64,000 nt of DNA. Source: Patescibacteria group bacterium (lineage in GTDB: Bacteria > Patescibacteriota > Microgenomatia > UBA12405). Location of the stretch: assembly GCA_018902845.1 (NCBI GenBank), contig JAHIPV010000017.1:16438-80437 (forward strand), given 5' to 3'. The position numbers and the translations under genes are program-made. Under the pieces are notes generated by a model, which was not told where the DNA came from, did not search any database, and saw only the letters and a list, made by a program, of their open reading frames with translations. Shown piece by piece: positions 1 to 8,210 of the stretch; positions within the stretch are counted from its first letter, which is position 1, and each line of letters begins with the position of its first letter.

Positions 1-585
1 AATAAGCTTAAATTAATAAAAAAATCATCAACCAATATAATAATTACCCCAAAACCAATAAGCCAAGCTTTCAAATACGCCAAACAAAATAACGCCTATT
101 TCTTACGCCAATCAACCGATCCATCTGCTATATCTGGTTACAAAAAAATAGGCAAAGAAATCATGTCTCAACTGCCCCAAATCACCAGTCTCTTTGCTCC
201 TGTTGGTAGCGGTACCACTCTTTTTGCTATCTCACAATCCATTCCCGATTCAATAAAACTATTCGCTATTCAGCCCGCCTCACATACTCCAATAGCCTCA
301 GTTTTTGATAAAAATTTTTATAAAGAAACCAAAAGTTCAACTAATTCTTTGTCAGCCAAATTCCTACCGCTAAAAAATAAACTTATTAAGGCCATAAAAA
401 AAACCAAAGGCTCTGGATTAGTTATCCAGGAAAAACAACTGCAAATTGCTAAAAAAATTCTTCAAAAACAACAAATTTTTACCTCAGCTGAAGGATATTT
501 AACCTTAGCCGGCTTTCTTAAAACTAAAAATAAATGTCAGCCAGGAGACTATCCCGTCATTTTACTAACCGGCACTAACAGATGA
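1..585 (+). CDS. PLP-dependent enzyme, fold-type II (Trp-synthase beta/PALP family). Only the C-terminal part is present; the ORF runs off the 5' window edge.
   Basis: Frame 1 is open from nt 1 with no stop before 585. The segment 'SAISGYKKIGKEI...LFAPVGSGTTLFAI' resembles the PALP region between the substrate-binding and Gly-rich loop motifs. The listed Met at 163 is probably internal. Confidence 0.4.
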   Translation, partial: NKLKLIKKSSTNIIITPKPISQAFKYAKQNNAYFLRQSTDPSAISGYKKIGKEIMSQLPQITSLFAPVGSGTTLFAISQSIPDSIKLFAIQPASHTPIASVFDKNFYKETKSSTNSLSAKFLPLKNKLIKAIKKTKGSGLVIQEKQLQIAKKILQKQQIFTSAEGYLTLAGFLKTKNKCQPGDYPVILLTGTNR

Positions 586-1742
586 AACTCAAACAAACAA
601 TCAATCTTATTAACAAATCCAAAATTAATTTTTATTTCCTTGTCGTTGACAATTTTCTTGATATAGATCTGCCTTTTTTAAAAAACTTTCATCTTATCTA
701 CGCCTACACACCCCAAAAACCACCAAAATCACAATTCTTCTGTCTCCAGCAAAACGATATCAAGCTAAAACAAAAAAACAGTGGCAAACTTTTGGCCAAT
801 CCAAAAGTCATAAACTATATAAAACAAACTTCGTTTCAAAACAATTCTCAACCCGCCATCATTCCTTTTAAACCATCAGGAAAAATTTCTCATATTTGCC
901 AAGAAAATAACTGGCTTCAGATAAGTAACTCAAGCACCTTAAACAGATTATTTGAAAACAAGTTTAAATTTATAAAAATTTGTCAAAACAATAAAATAAC
1001 CACCATACCATCTTATATCGACAAATTTAATTCAAACAATTTCAAAAAATATCAATTCCTCTTTAAAAATAAAAATCTGGTAATTCAAAAATCTTTCGGA
1101 TGGGCTGGAAAAGGCACCTTTACCGGTAATCAATTCAAAAAAATAAAAAATAAAATAACTTCCCAAAGCATAGTAAAATTTTCACCAAAACTATCCGGTT
1201 ACACTCTTCTTAATAATTGTTGTATTTTTCACTCACGCTTAATCCAAAGCCCTCCGGCACTACAATTTACCGGCATCCCTCCTTTTACAAAAAATCCACT
1301 GACAACCGTAGGCAGACAATGGCCTTGCCTTACTTCTACAAAGGTTAAAAATCAAGTCAAGGCAATCACCTTGCAATTTTCACAAATCTTGCTTAAATAC
1401 AATTACCAAGGTTTCTTTGGACTTGATTTTTTTGTCAACCAAAAACAAAAAGTTTTTCTTCTTGAATGCAATGCCAGACTAACAGCCTCTTTTGCTTTTT
1501 ATACTCAAATAGAACTAAAAAACAACATTCTCCCGCTTTTCATCTTACACTTAGCAGAATTTTGCCAAATTCCACTAAAAGTCAATATCAAAAAAATGCA
1601 ATCTCGTTTTTCTTCAGCCAAAATAACGGGATCCGAAATCACCTATAAAGACCAATCGGGAAACACAAAAAGAAAAATCAACGCATTCACCAAATTCAGC
1701 CAATCAATCAATCCTCCTATTATCAAAATTCATGAAAAATAA
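582..1742 (+). CDS. ATP-grasp domain protein (D-Ala-D-Ala-ligase-like fold). Substrate unknown.
   Basis: 'VIQKSFGWAGKG' and 'GFFGLDFFVNQKQKVFLLECNARLTAS' match the ATP-grasp nucleotide-binding and C-terminal catalytic motifs. Its start overlaps the upstream PLP-enzyme stop by 4 nt. It sits at the head of the dcw cluster. Confidence 0.5.
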   Translation: MKLKQTINLINKSKINFYFLVVDNFLDIDLPFLKNFHLIYAYTPQKPPKSQFFCLQQNDIKLKQKNSGKLLANPKVINYIKQTSFQNNSQPAIIPFKPSGKISHICQENNWLQISNSSTLNRLFENKFKFIKICQNNKITTIPSYIDKFNSNNFKKYQFLFKNKNLVIQKSFGWAGKGTFTGNQFKKIKNKITSQSIVKFSPKLSGYTLLNNCCIFHSRLIQSPPALQFTGIPPFTKNPLTTVGRQWPCLTSTKVKNQVKAITLQFSQILLKYNYQGFFGLDFFVNQKQKVFLLECNARLTASFAFYTQIELKNNILPLFILHLAEFCQIPLKVNIKKMQSRFSSAKITGSEITYKDQSGNTKRKINAFTKFSQSINPPIIKIHEK

Positions 1743-2808
1743 AAAACAAAGAAACTTTATCCTACCCATTGCCTATATCCTTGTCGCAATCGGATTTATA
1801 TTTGTATCACTTTCGTCACTCTCGGAAGCAAACTCAATTTCGTCTGATAAATTTTTACTTGTAAAAAAACAACTACTCTGGATATTAACCGGATCTGTTT
1901 CATTCCTGATTGCTTCAAAAATTAATCTAAAATTATTACAAAAATACTCAACTCACTTATTCATTTTGTCAGTTATTAGCCTCATTTTGGTTTTGATTCC
2001 TAATTTTAGCCAAAGCATTCTTGGTGCAAAAAGATGGTTACAACTAGGCCCAATTTCGTTTCAACCTACAGAAATATTTAAACTAATAAGCATAATTTAT
2101 TTCTCCGCTCTCTTCTCAAAAGAAAAAACCAGAAATATTCAATCATTGTTGTTTTCCATCACCATACCTCTTTTTTTGATCATGGCTGAACCAAGCATGA
2201 GTACAACAATTTTAATATCTGCCATCACACTAAGTATTTATTACCTGTCTGGAGCTAACACAATTCAGCTGTCTTTACTGTGTCTGTTGGGCGCTACGTT
2301 AAGTTTCATTATCGTTCTTCTTTCGCCATACAGAAATGCTAGATTAAATACGCTTTTAAATCCACAAAACGATCCCTCCGGAAGCTCATATCATAGTAAA
2401 CAGAATATTTTAGCCCTGGCTTCGGGGGGATTGTTTGGAAAAGGCATAGGTAACTCAAAACAAAAATACAGCTTTCTTCCACAACTTAGTACCGACTCAA
2501 TTTTTGCCATAATAGGGGAGGAAACCGGCTTTGTTGGATCAACCATAATCCTTTCGCTTTATTTTTTACTTATCAACTCAATCTTTAGCATTTCCAAAAA
2601 CAGTAAAAATCAGTTTCACCAGCTTCTTTGTTCTGGCACGGCTTGTTGGATTGCTTATCAAAGCATCGTCAATACTGCCGCCATTTCAGCTGTCATTCCG
2701 TTAACCGGTATTCCATTGCCCTTTATTTCATATGGCGGTTCTTCATTAATTTGCTTACTTTTTTCTATCGGCCTAGTTTACAATATTTATAAAACCAATG
2801 AAAATTAA
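1732..2808 (+). CDS. ftsW: SEDS-family peptidoglycan polymerase FtsW
   Basis: About 10 predicted TM helices. SEDS motifs 'PTEIFKL' and 'GSGGLFGKGIGNS...LPQLSTDSIFAIIGEETGFVGS' are present. It lies in the dcw cluster upstream of murG. Confidence 0.8.
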   Translation: MKNKKQRNFILPIAYILVAIGFIFVSLSSLSEANSISSDKFLLVKKQLLWILTGSVSFLIASKINLKLLQKYSTHLFILSVISLILVLIPNFSQSILGAKRWLQLGPISFQPTEIFKLISIIYFSALFSKEKTRNIQSLLFSITIPLFLIMAEPSMSTTILISAITLSIYYLSGANTIQLSLLCLLGATLSFIIVLLSPYRNARLNTLLNPQNDPSGSSYHSKQNILALASGGLFGKGIGNSKQKYSFLPQLSTDSIFAIIGEETGFVGSTIILSLYFLLINSIFSISKNSKNQFHQLLCSGTACWIAYQSIVNTAAISAVIPLTGIPLPFISYGGSSLICLLFSIGLVYNIYKTNEN

Positions 2809-3892
2809 AAAAACTATTTTTATCTTATTCCTAACCCCGCTTTTTCTTCTGATTCCAAAAACCTCTTTTGCCATCAGATCAAATCCACTAATCATAGATC
2901 ATACCTCAATTCAGGAATTCGACCAAATCCCAACATATTGGCTCAACCAGGCAAAAACCACGCTTAAAATTGCCTACGGACATACTTCGCATGGCAGTCA
3001 AATAATCACCGGAATGAATATGCTTGGTTCTTCTTACGCTTATTTCGATGATTATTATTACTACAAATTTGGTTCTAACAACCCAAAAGCTCCCGACGGG
3101 ACACTCTCGCTTTGGGATCAAAAAATCGAAGGCGCCAGCGATCTTGGCAACCCAGATCGCACTGCATGGAAATCTGCCACCGAAAACATGTTAGACAGTT
3201 CACAGTATGGTAATCGAAACACAGTCATTTGGTCGTGGTGCGGACAAGCTGATACCACTGACACAAACATTGACCTTTATTTAAGCCAAATGAATGAATT
3301 GGAAAATAAATATACCAATACCACTTTCGTCTATATGACCGGACACCTAAACGGAACCGGTACCAGTGGCAACCTTAATCAGCGCAATCAACAAATCAGA
3401 AATTACGTCAAACAAAACAACAAAATTCTCTTTGATTTTGCCGATATCGAAAGTTACGATCCCAACAATACCTTTTATCCAAACGCCAGCGATGGCTGTG
3501 AATGGTGTTCCAATTGGTGTTCGTCACACTCCTGCCCATCGTGCACATCTTGCGCTCACTCACATTGTTTTAATTGCTACAACAAAGGAAAGGCTTTTTG
3601 GGTCATGCTCGCCAAAATAGCCGGATGGAACGACAACGAAACTAATCCAACCAATGCTCCCACTTCCATCAACCAATGCCCAGCAGACAAACCACCAAAA
3701 TCCACCGGCAACGCCGATTGTAATGACTATATAAACATCTCTGATTTTGCCATCTGGAAAAAAGAATTTATAGAATACAGAAAACAATCTATACCAACCA
3801 ACAATTATCAATCAGACTTTAACAACGATCAAAAAATAAACATCTCTGATTTCGCCATCTGGAAAATTAACTTCCTACAATCAAAAAATTAA
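2798..3892 (+). CDS. Secreted Cys-rich protein with two C-terminal dockerin-like (EF-hand-like) repeats
   Basis: Signal peptide 'MKIKKTIFILFLTPLFLLIPKTSFA'. Cys cluster 'CEWCSNWCSSHSCPSCTSCAHSHCFNCYNKG'. Two near-identical repeats, 'DYINISDFAIWKKEF' and 'DQKINISDFAIWKINF' (DNA 3744-3771 and 3839-3866), fit the dockerin D-x-N-x-D...I-N-x-x-D pattern. Confidence 0.5.
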   Translation: MKIKKTIFILFLTPLFLLIPKTSFAIRSNPLIIDHTSIQEFDQIPTYWLNQAKTTLKIAYGHTSHGSQIITGMNMLGSSYAYFDDYYYYKFGSNNPKAPDGTLSLWDQKIEGASDLGNPDRTAWKSATENMLDSSQYGNRNTVIWSWCGQADTTDTNIDLYLSQMNELENKYTNTTFVYMTGHLNGTGTSGNLNQRNQQIRNYVKQNNKILFDFADIESYDPNNTFYPNASDGCEWCSNWCSSHSCPSCTSCAHSHCFNCYNKGKAFWVMLAKIAGWNDNETNPTNAPTSINQCPADKPPKSTGNADCNDYINISDFAIWKKEFIEYRKQSIPTNNYQSDFNNDQKINISDFAIWKINFLQSKN

Positions 3893-4944
3893 TGCAAAAA
3901 ACCAAAACGATCCTTATAACCGGTTCTCACCACACACCCGCTATTGAACTGATAACTCAGTTAAAAAAAGATAAAAATTATAATTGGAAAATAGCATATA
4001 TCAGCCATCTTTACCCAACCGAAACTCATATAGAAAAAACTATTCTCCCAAAATTAAAAATTGATTTTTACCCGCTAAAATCAGGAAAATTACACAGACG
4101 TTATCTGCCATACACCATAAGAGATCTGCCAAAAATCCCATTAGCCATTTTTAAAGCTTATAAATTAGTCAAGACAATCAAACCAGATATCACTGTCTCC
4201 TTTGGTGGCTATATCTCAGTCCCTGTAATTATCGCTTCTGCAATCAACAAAGTTCCATCTATTACCCACGAACAGACCTTAACTATCAGCCTATCCACCA
4301 AAATCAACAGTTTCTTTGCTAACAAAATAGCTCTATCTTTTCCCAACACCAAACACAAACTACCCAAAAACAAAGTTGTTGTTACTGGAAATTTACTCAG
4401 ACGGGAAATCTTTAAAACAACCAGCCAAAAATACCAAAAACTTGGCAAAACTCCACTCATCTATGTAACTGGAGGCAACCAGGGATCGAAAATAATCAAT
4501 CAAAATCTTTCAAAAATTCTCAAAAATTTAAATCAAAAATTTACCATTATTCACCAAACCGGTATAAATAAACTAAAACAGATTAATCTTTCTAACTATC
4601 ACCCCACTCAATATGTAAACCTAAACGACATCGGCTGGATATTAAATCGAGCCCAAATTATCATCAGCCGTTCCGGTGCCAATATCTGCCAAGAAATAAT
4701 TGCTCTCAAAAAAAACTCCATTTTAATTCCTCTCTTCAAAAGCCAACAAAACGAACAGCTCAAAAACGCTCTTTGGACCAAAAAACAACTACCTCAAAAA
4801 ACAATCATCATCCAACAAAAAAATCTAAATTCATCAAAGCTTATTCAGTCTATTGATAAGCTTTCTTTAAACAAACACCAACAAAACCCAATTCCAATTC
4901 AAATAAATTTTAAACTTTTAAAACTAATCCATGAGCTTGTTTAA
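3892..4944 (+). CDS. murG: UDP-GlcNAc--MurNAc-pentapeptide-PP-undecaprenol GlcNAc transferase (MurG)
   Basis: GT28 layout: N-terminal 'ILITGSHHTPAIEL' Gly-rich loop and C-terminal 'VTGGNQGSKIIN'. Position between ftsW and ftsA. Confidence 0.75.
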   Translation: MQKTKTILITGSHHTPAIELITQLKKDKNYNWKIAYISHLYPTETHIEKTILPKLKIDFYPLKSGKLHRRYLPYTIRDLPKIPLAIFKAYKLVKTIKPDITVSFGGYISVPVIIASAINKVPSITHEQTLTISLSTKINSFFANKIALSFPNTKHKLPKNKVVVTGNLLRREIFKTTSQKYQKLGKTPLIYVTGGNQGSKIINQNLSKILKNLNQKFTIIHQTGINKLKQINLSNYHPTQYVNLNDIGWILNRAQIIISRSGANICQEIIALKKNSILIPLFKSQQNEQLKNALWTKKQLPQKTIIIQQKNLNSSKLIQSIDKLSLNKHQQNPIPIQINFKLLKLIHELV

Positions 4945-5314
4945 AAAAACAACGGTTCTTATCTCAGCATTTGTATTGTTATTTTTTTTAAGACTTTTTC
5001 TACAAAACACTAAACATATGTCCACTCCCAAATCAGACCAAAACAAACAAATTGAACTGATTAACGATGCTTTACAAAAAAGCAATTTTAAATCCATCAA
5101 CAACATAACAATTAATAACATTCAAAAATTCTTTCAATTTCAGAGCAAAAATGACGAAAAAATTAGTACCATCATACTAGATTTAGAAAAAGATCCCTAT
5201 CTCCAAATTACAACCTTACAAAAAGCTTTCAAAATAGCTAAGATTAATAACAAATACATTAAATTTGTTAACCTAAGTATTAGACATCCATATGCAACAC
5301 TCAAAAATTATTAA
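4931..5314 (+). CDS. Small bitopic membrane protein at the ftsQ/divIB position (possible minimal FtsQ-like)
   Basis: N-terminal TM 'TVLISAFVLLFFLRLFL', at the syntenic slot between murG and ftsA. At 127 aa it is too short for a canonical POTRA-containing FtsQ. Confidence 0.3.
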   Translation: MSLFKKTTVLISAFVLLFFLRLFLQNTKHMSTPKSDQNKQIELINDALQKSNFKSINNITINNIQKFFQFQSKNDEKISTIILDLEKDPYLQITTLQKAFKIAKINNKYIKFVNLSIRHPYATLKNY

Positions 5315-6533
5315 CGCCATCGATGTAGGATCATCAAAAATCACTACCATTATCGGGCAATATTTCCCCGAAGAAAATAAACACAACATCGTAGCTGTAT
5401 CTTCATCACCCGCCCTAGGTTTCAGAAAAGGCCAAATAATTAACCTGGAGCAAGCTACCCAAACCATCACTAACAGTATCGAATCAGCCGAAAGAATGGC
5501 AGGTTTCCAAATTAAATCTGCCATTGTCTCAATAGCTGCTGACCACATAGAATCAATCAATTCTCAGGGTGTAGTTGCCATCAGTGACCAAAGCGGGGAA
5601 ATAAATAATCAGGACATAGAAAGAGTAATAGAAGCCGCCAAAGCCATATCTATTCCAAACAATAAAGAAATAATACATGTTATACCAAGAAAATTTACAG
5701 TTGACGGACAAGAAGGAATATTAGATCCGCTGGGAATGAGTGGCGTAAGGCTTGAGCTAGAATCACATCTGATTCTAGCTTCCAGTCCAGCCATCAAAAA
5801 TATTGAAAAATGCTTCGACGAAATCGGCGTTAAAATCAGTTCTCTAATTTATTCTGGTTTATCTGCAGCCAAACTAGCACTAACTGATACAGAAAAAGAA
5901 CTTGGAGTAGCTCTAATAGATATGGGCGGAAGCGTTACCACACTAACTATATTTAACGAAGGCTCACCGTCTTACTCAAAAGTTATTCCCATAGGCGCAA
6001 ACAATGTTACAAACGATCTTGCTATAGGACTCAGATTTTCAATCGATGACGCTGAAAAAATTAAAATCAAGCTTAATAAAATCTGTAAAAATCAAAAGTT
6101 TGAAGATGAAGTAGACACCAGTGATTTTGAATTAAACTCTGGTCAGGGCCAAAAAATATCAATACAAACTTCGGTAGCCGGAATCATCAAACCTCGTTTG
6201 GAAGAAATCTTTGAAATTATTGACACTGAAATCGAAAACAGCGGTCTTCGTACCGCTATTCCAGCCGGTATCGTATTAACCGGAGGCGGAGCTTTAACCA
6301 TCAATGCGCCCGAAATTTGTTCCAATACAATTCCACTTCCCGTAAGAATTGCCGTACCAAAAAAAATAGGCGGATTAGTAGACAACATACTTAACCCGGC
6401 CTACACCAGCTCGATTGGTTTGCTCATGTATGAATTGGAAAATAACCAACCTGTTCAAAAAACAAAAAAAAGAACTCCCATAAACAATATTTTTTCCAAA
6501 ATAAAATCAATGATCGCCCCCTTACTACCTTAA
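5292..6533 (+). CDS. ftsA: Cell division protein FtsA (actin-like ATPase)
   Basis: 'NAIDVGSSKITTIIGQ' phosphate-1 motif, 'IDMGGSVTTLTIF' and 'VLTGGGALT' phosphate-2/adenosine motifs. Immediately upstream of ftsZ. Confidence 0.85.
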   Translation: MQHSKIINAIDVGSSKITTIIGQYFPEENKHNIVAVSSSPALGFRKGQIINLEQATQTITNSIESAERMAGFQIKSAIVSIAADHIESINSQGVVAISDQSGEINNQDIERVIEAAKAISIPNNKEIIHVIPRKFTVDGQEGILDPLGMSGVRLELESHLILASSPAIKNIEKCFDEIGVKISSLIYSGLSAAKLALTDTEKELGVALIDMGGSVTTLTIFNEGSPSYSKVIPIGANNVTNDLAIGLRFSIDDAEKIKIKLNKICKNQKFEDEVDTSDFELNSGQGQKISIQTSVAGIIKPRLEEIFEIIDTEIENSGLRTAIPAGIVLTGGGALTINAPEICSNTIPLPVRIAVPKKIGGLVDNILNPAYTSSIGLLMYELENNQPVQKTKKRTPINNIFSKIKSMIAPLLP

Positions 6534-6611
6534 AAAAACTTTAAATATTTAAAAATTAGTTTAAAAATTTAAAATTATTTGGAAATTTGAATTTTAGATT
6601 TAAATTAAATT

Positions 6612-7823
6612 ATGGCTTTAATCAAAACTCTTGCAGGTCAATTCGCCAAAATCAAAGTACTTGGAGTAGGTGGCGGAGGCAACAATGCCGTCAATTACAT
6701 GGTCTCTAATGACACAATTAAAGGCGTCGAATTTGTTGCCATAAACACTGACTCACAAGTCTTACTAAATTCAGTGGCGCCAATAAAAATACAGATTGGA
6801 GACAAATTAACTCGTGGACTGGGAGCAGGAGGAGACCCAAAAATAGGACAAAAAGCAGCCGAAGAATCGAAAGAAAAAATCAAAGAAATACTAACGGGCA
6901 CCGATATGGTATTTATTTGCGGTGGTATGGGAGGAGGAACTTGTACAGGAGCAGCGCCCGTTATTGCCCAAATTGCAAAAAAAGAATTAGGCATACTTAC
7001 AATTGCGGTAATCACCAAACCATTTCTATTCGAGGGAACCAGAAGAATGACCAATGCCCTCGAAGGCATTTCACAATTAAAAGATAACGTTGATACTCTG
7101 GTGGTTATTCCCAATCAAAAAGTAATGGAAATAGTCAACAACCAAGCAACATTACTTGAAGCTTTTAAAATCGCAGATTCAGTCCTAAACAAAGGGACCA
7201 GAGCCATTTCCGAACTGATAACTATCCCTGGTCTAATAAACCTTGATTTTGCCGACATAAAATCAGTTATGGCCAATGCTGGCACAGCACTTATGGGGGT
7301 AGGGGAGGCAAAAGGAGAGAAAAAAGCAATCAGAGCAGTTGAATTAGCCATAGACTCACCGCTGGTAGAAGTTGACATTTACGGCGCTAGAGGAATTCTG
7401 CTAAATATAACCGGAGGACCGGATATAACCATGGCCGAAATCGAAGAAACTGCCAAAGCCATAACCGAAAAAGCGGCCCCAGACGCCAACATAATCTTTG
7501 GCGCCACCATCGATCCTTTGTTAAAAGACAAAATAAAAGTTACCGTTATAGCCACCGGTTTTGACAAAAATAAAAACAGAATAATACATCAAAACACAGT
7601 CCCAAAACCAATACTACAAGCCTCACAAACCACCATTCCAACAAGCCAAACCTCCAAAACAAAACAAACAGACGAAGACCAATACAATCAACTAACACCG
7701 TCAGCCACAGAAGAAATAAACCAAGAAGAAATAGACAAATTTCTAAAAGACAGAGACATACCCCAAGGCGTTGATATCATCGATACCTACGACATCCCCT
7801 CCTTTTTGAGAAAAAACAAGTAA
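6612..7823 (+). CDS. ftsZ: Cell division GTPase FtsZ
   Basis: 'GVGGGGNNAVN' and the tubulin signature 'GGMGGGTCTGAAPVIAQIAKE'. T7-loop region 'NLDFADIKSVM'. Long acidic/polar C-terminal tail. Confidence 0.95.
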   Translation: MALIKTLAGQFAKIKVLGVGGGGNNAVNYMVSNDTIKGVEFVAINTDSQVLLNSVAPIKIQIGDKLTRGLGAGGDPKIGQKAAEESKEKIKEILTGTDMVFICGGMGGGTCTGAAPVIAQIAKKELGILTIAVITKPFLFEGTRRMTNALEGISQLKDNVDTLVVIPNQKVMEIVNNQATLLEAFKIADSVLNKGTRAISELITIPGLINLDFADIKSVMANAGTALMGVGEAKGEKKAIRAVELAIDSPLVEVDIYGARGILLNITGGPDITMAEIEETAKAITEKAAPDANIIFGATIDPLLKDKIKVTVIATGFDKNKNRIIHQNTVPKPILQASQTTIPTSQTSKTKQTDEDQYNQLTPSATEEINQEEIDKFLKDRDIPQGVDIIDTYDIPSFLRKNK

Positions 7824-7829
7824 CGCTAC

Positions 7830-7916
7830 TGTCATTGCGTTCTTGTAGGGGCGACCCTTGCGGTCGCCCGCAGACATGGCAACCTATCCACCTCAGGAAA
7901 ATCCCGTAGGGATTTT
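7830..7916. repeat. Dispersed intergenic repeat element, about 87 bp (long form). Near-identical twin at 53085-53174.
   Basis: 'TGTCATTGCG..TTGTAGGGGCGACCCTTGCGGTCGCCC.CAGAC.TGGCAACCT.TCC.CCTC.GGAAAATCCCGTAGGGATTTT'. Contains an 8-bp GC stem (GGGCGACC/GGTCGCCC) and a second stem AAATCCC/GGGATTT followed by a T-run. Confidence 0.8.
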
Positions 7917-8043
7917 AATCACAAAATTTTTCTATTCTTGAATTTTATCCATTTCATTGCTAACATAAAGCAACAGTGAAACAAAAAAGTATATCCATTA
8001 TTAACTAGCCATAATCTCATTTAGTTGAGATTAATGGCAATTT

Positions 8044-8070
8044 AAAATCCTTCAATTGAAGGATTTTTTT
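8044..8070 (+). terminator. Rho-independent terminator candidate downstream of ftsZ
   Basis: Perfect 10-bp stem AAAATCCTTC / GAAGGATTTT with a 4-nt loop (AATT), followed by TTT. Confidence 0.55.
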
Positions 8071-8081
8071 AGTTAATTCAC

Positions 8082-8178
8082 TGTCATTTCGAGCGAAGCC
8101 GAGAAATCTCCTAACCTCTGAGCTCGAAAAAAACATGAGAAGTCAGGAGATCCCTCCACTTCGGTCGGGATGACAACC
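8082..8178. repeat. Member of the TGTCAT...ATGACA repeat family, with terminal inverted ends
   Basis: Begins 'TGTCATTTCGAGCGAAGC', ends 'GGTCGGGATGACAA'. Internal inverted repeats TTCGAGC/GCTCGAA and GAGAAATCTCCT/AGGAGATCCCTC. Lies in the ftsZ-ileS spacer. Confidence 0.6.
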
Positions 8179-8210
8179 ATAAAATCTACATAATCAAGTA
8201 AAATAAATAA

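Noticed and set aside
1466-1648. 60-aa plus-strand ORF inside the ATP-grasp gene
   Set aside because: Alternate frame of a longer, motif-bearing ORF. No independent support.
2906-3811. Small ORFs (71, 84, 83 aa) on both strands inside the dockerin-repeat gene
   Set aside because: Embedded in a longer ORF that has a signal peptide and repeat structure. No features of their own.
6695-7567. Three minus-strand ORFs (139, 87 and 62 aa) inside ftsZ
   Set aside because: Antisense to an unambiguous ftsZ reading frame. Low-complexity Ser/Ala/Pro-rich translations, typical of antisense artefacts in a Gly/Ala-rich gene.
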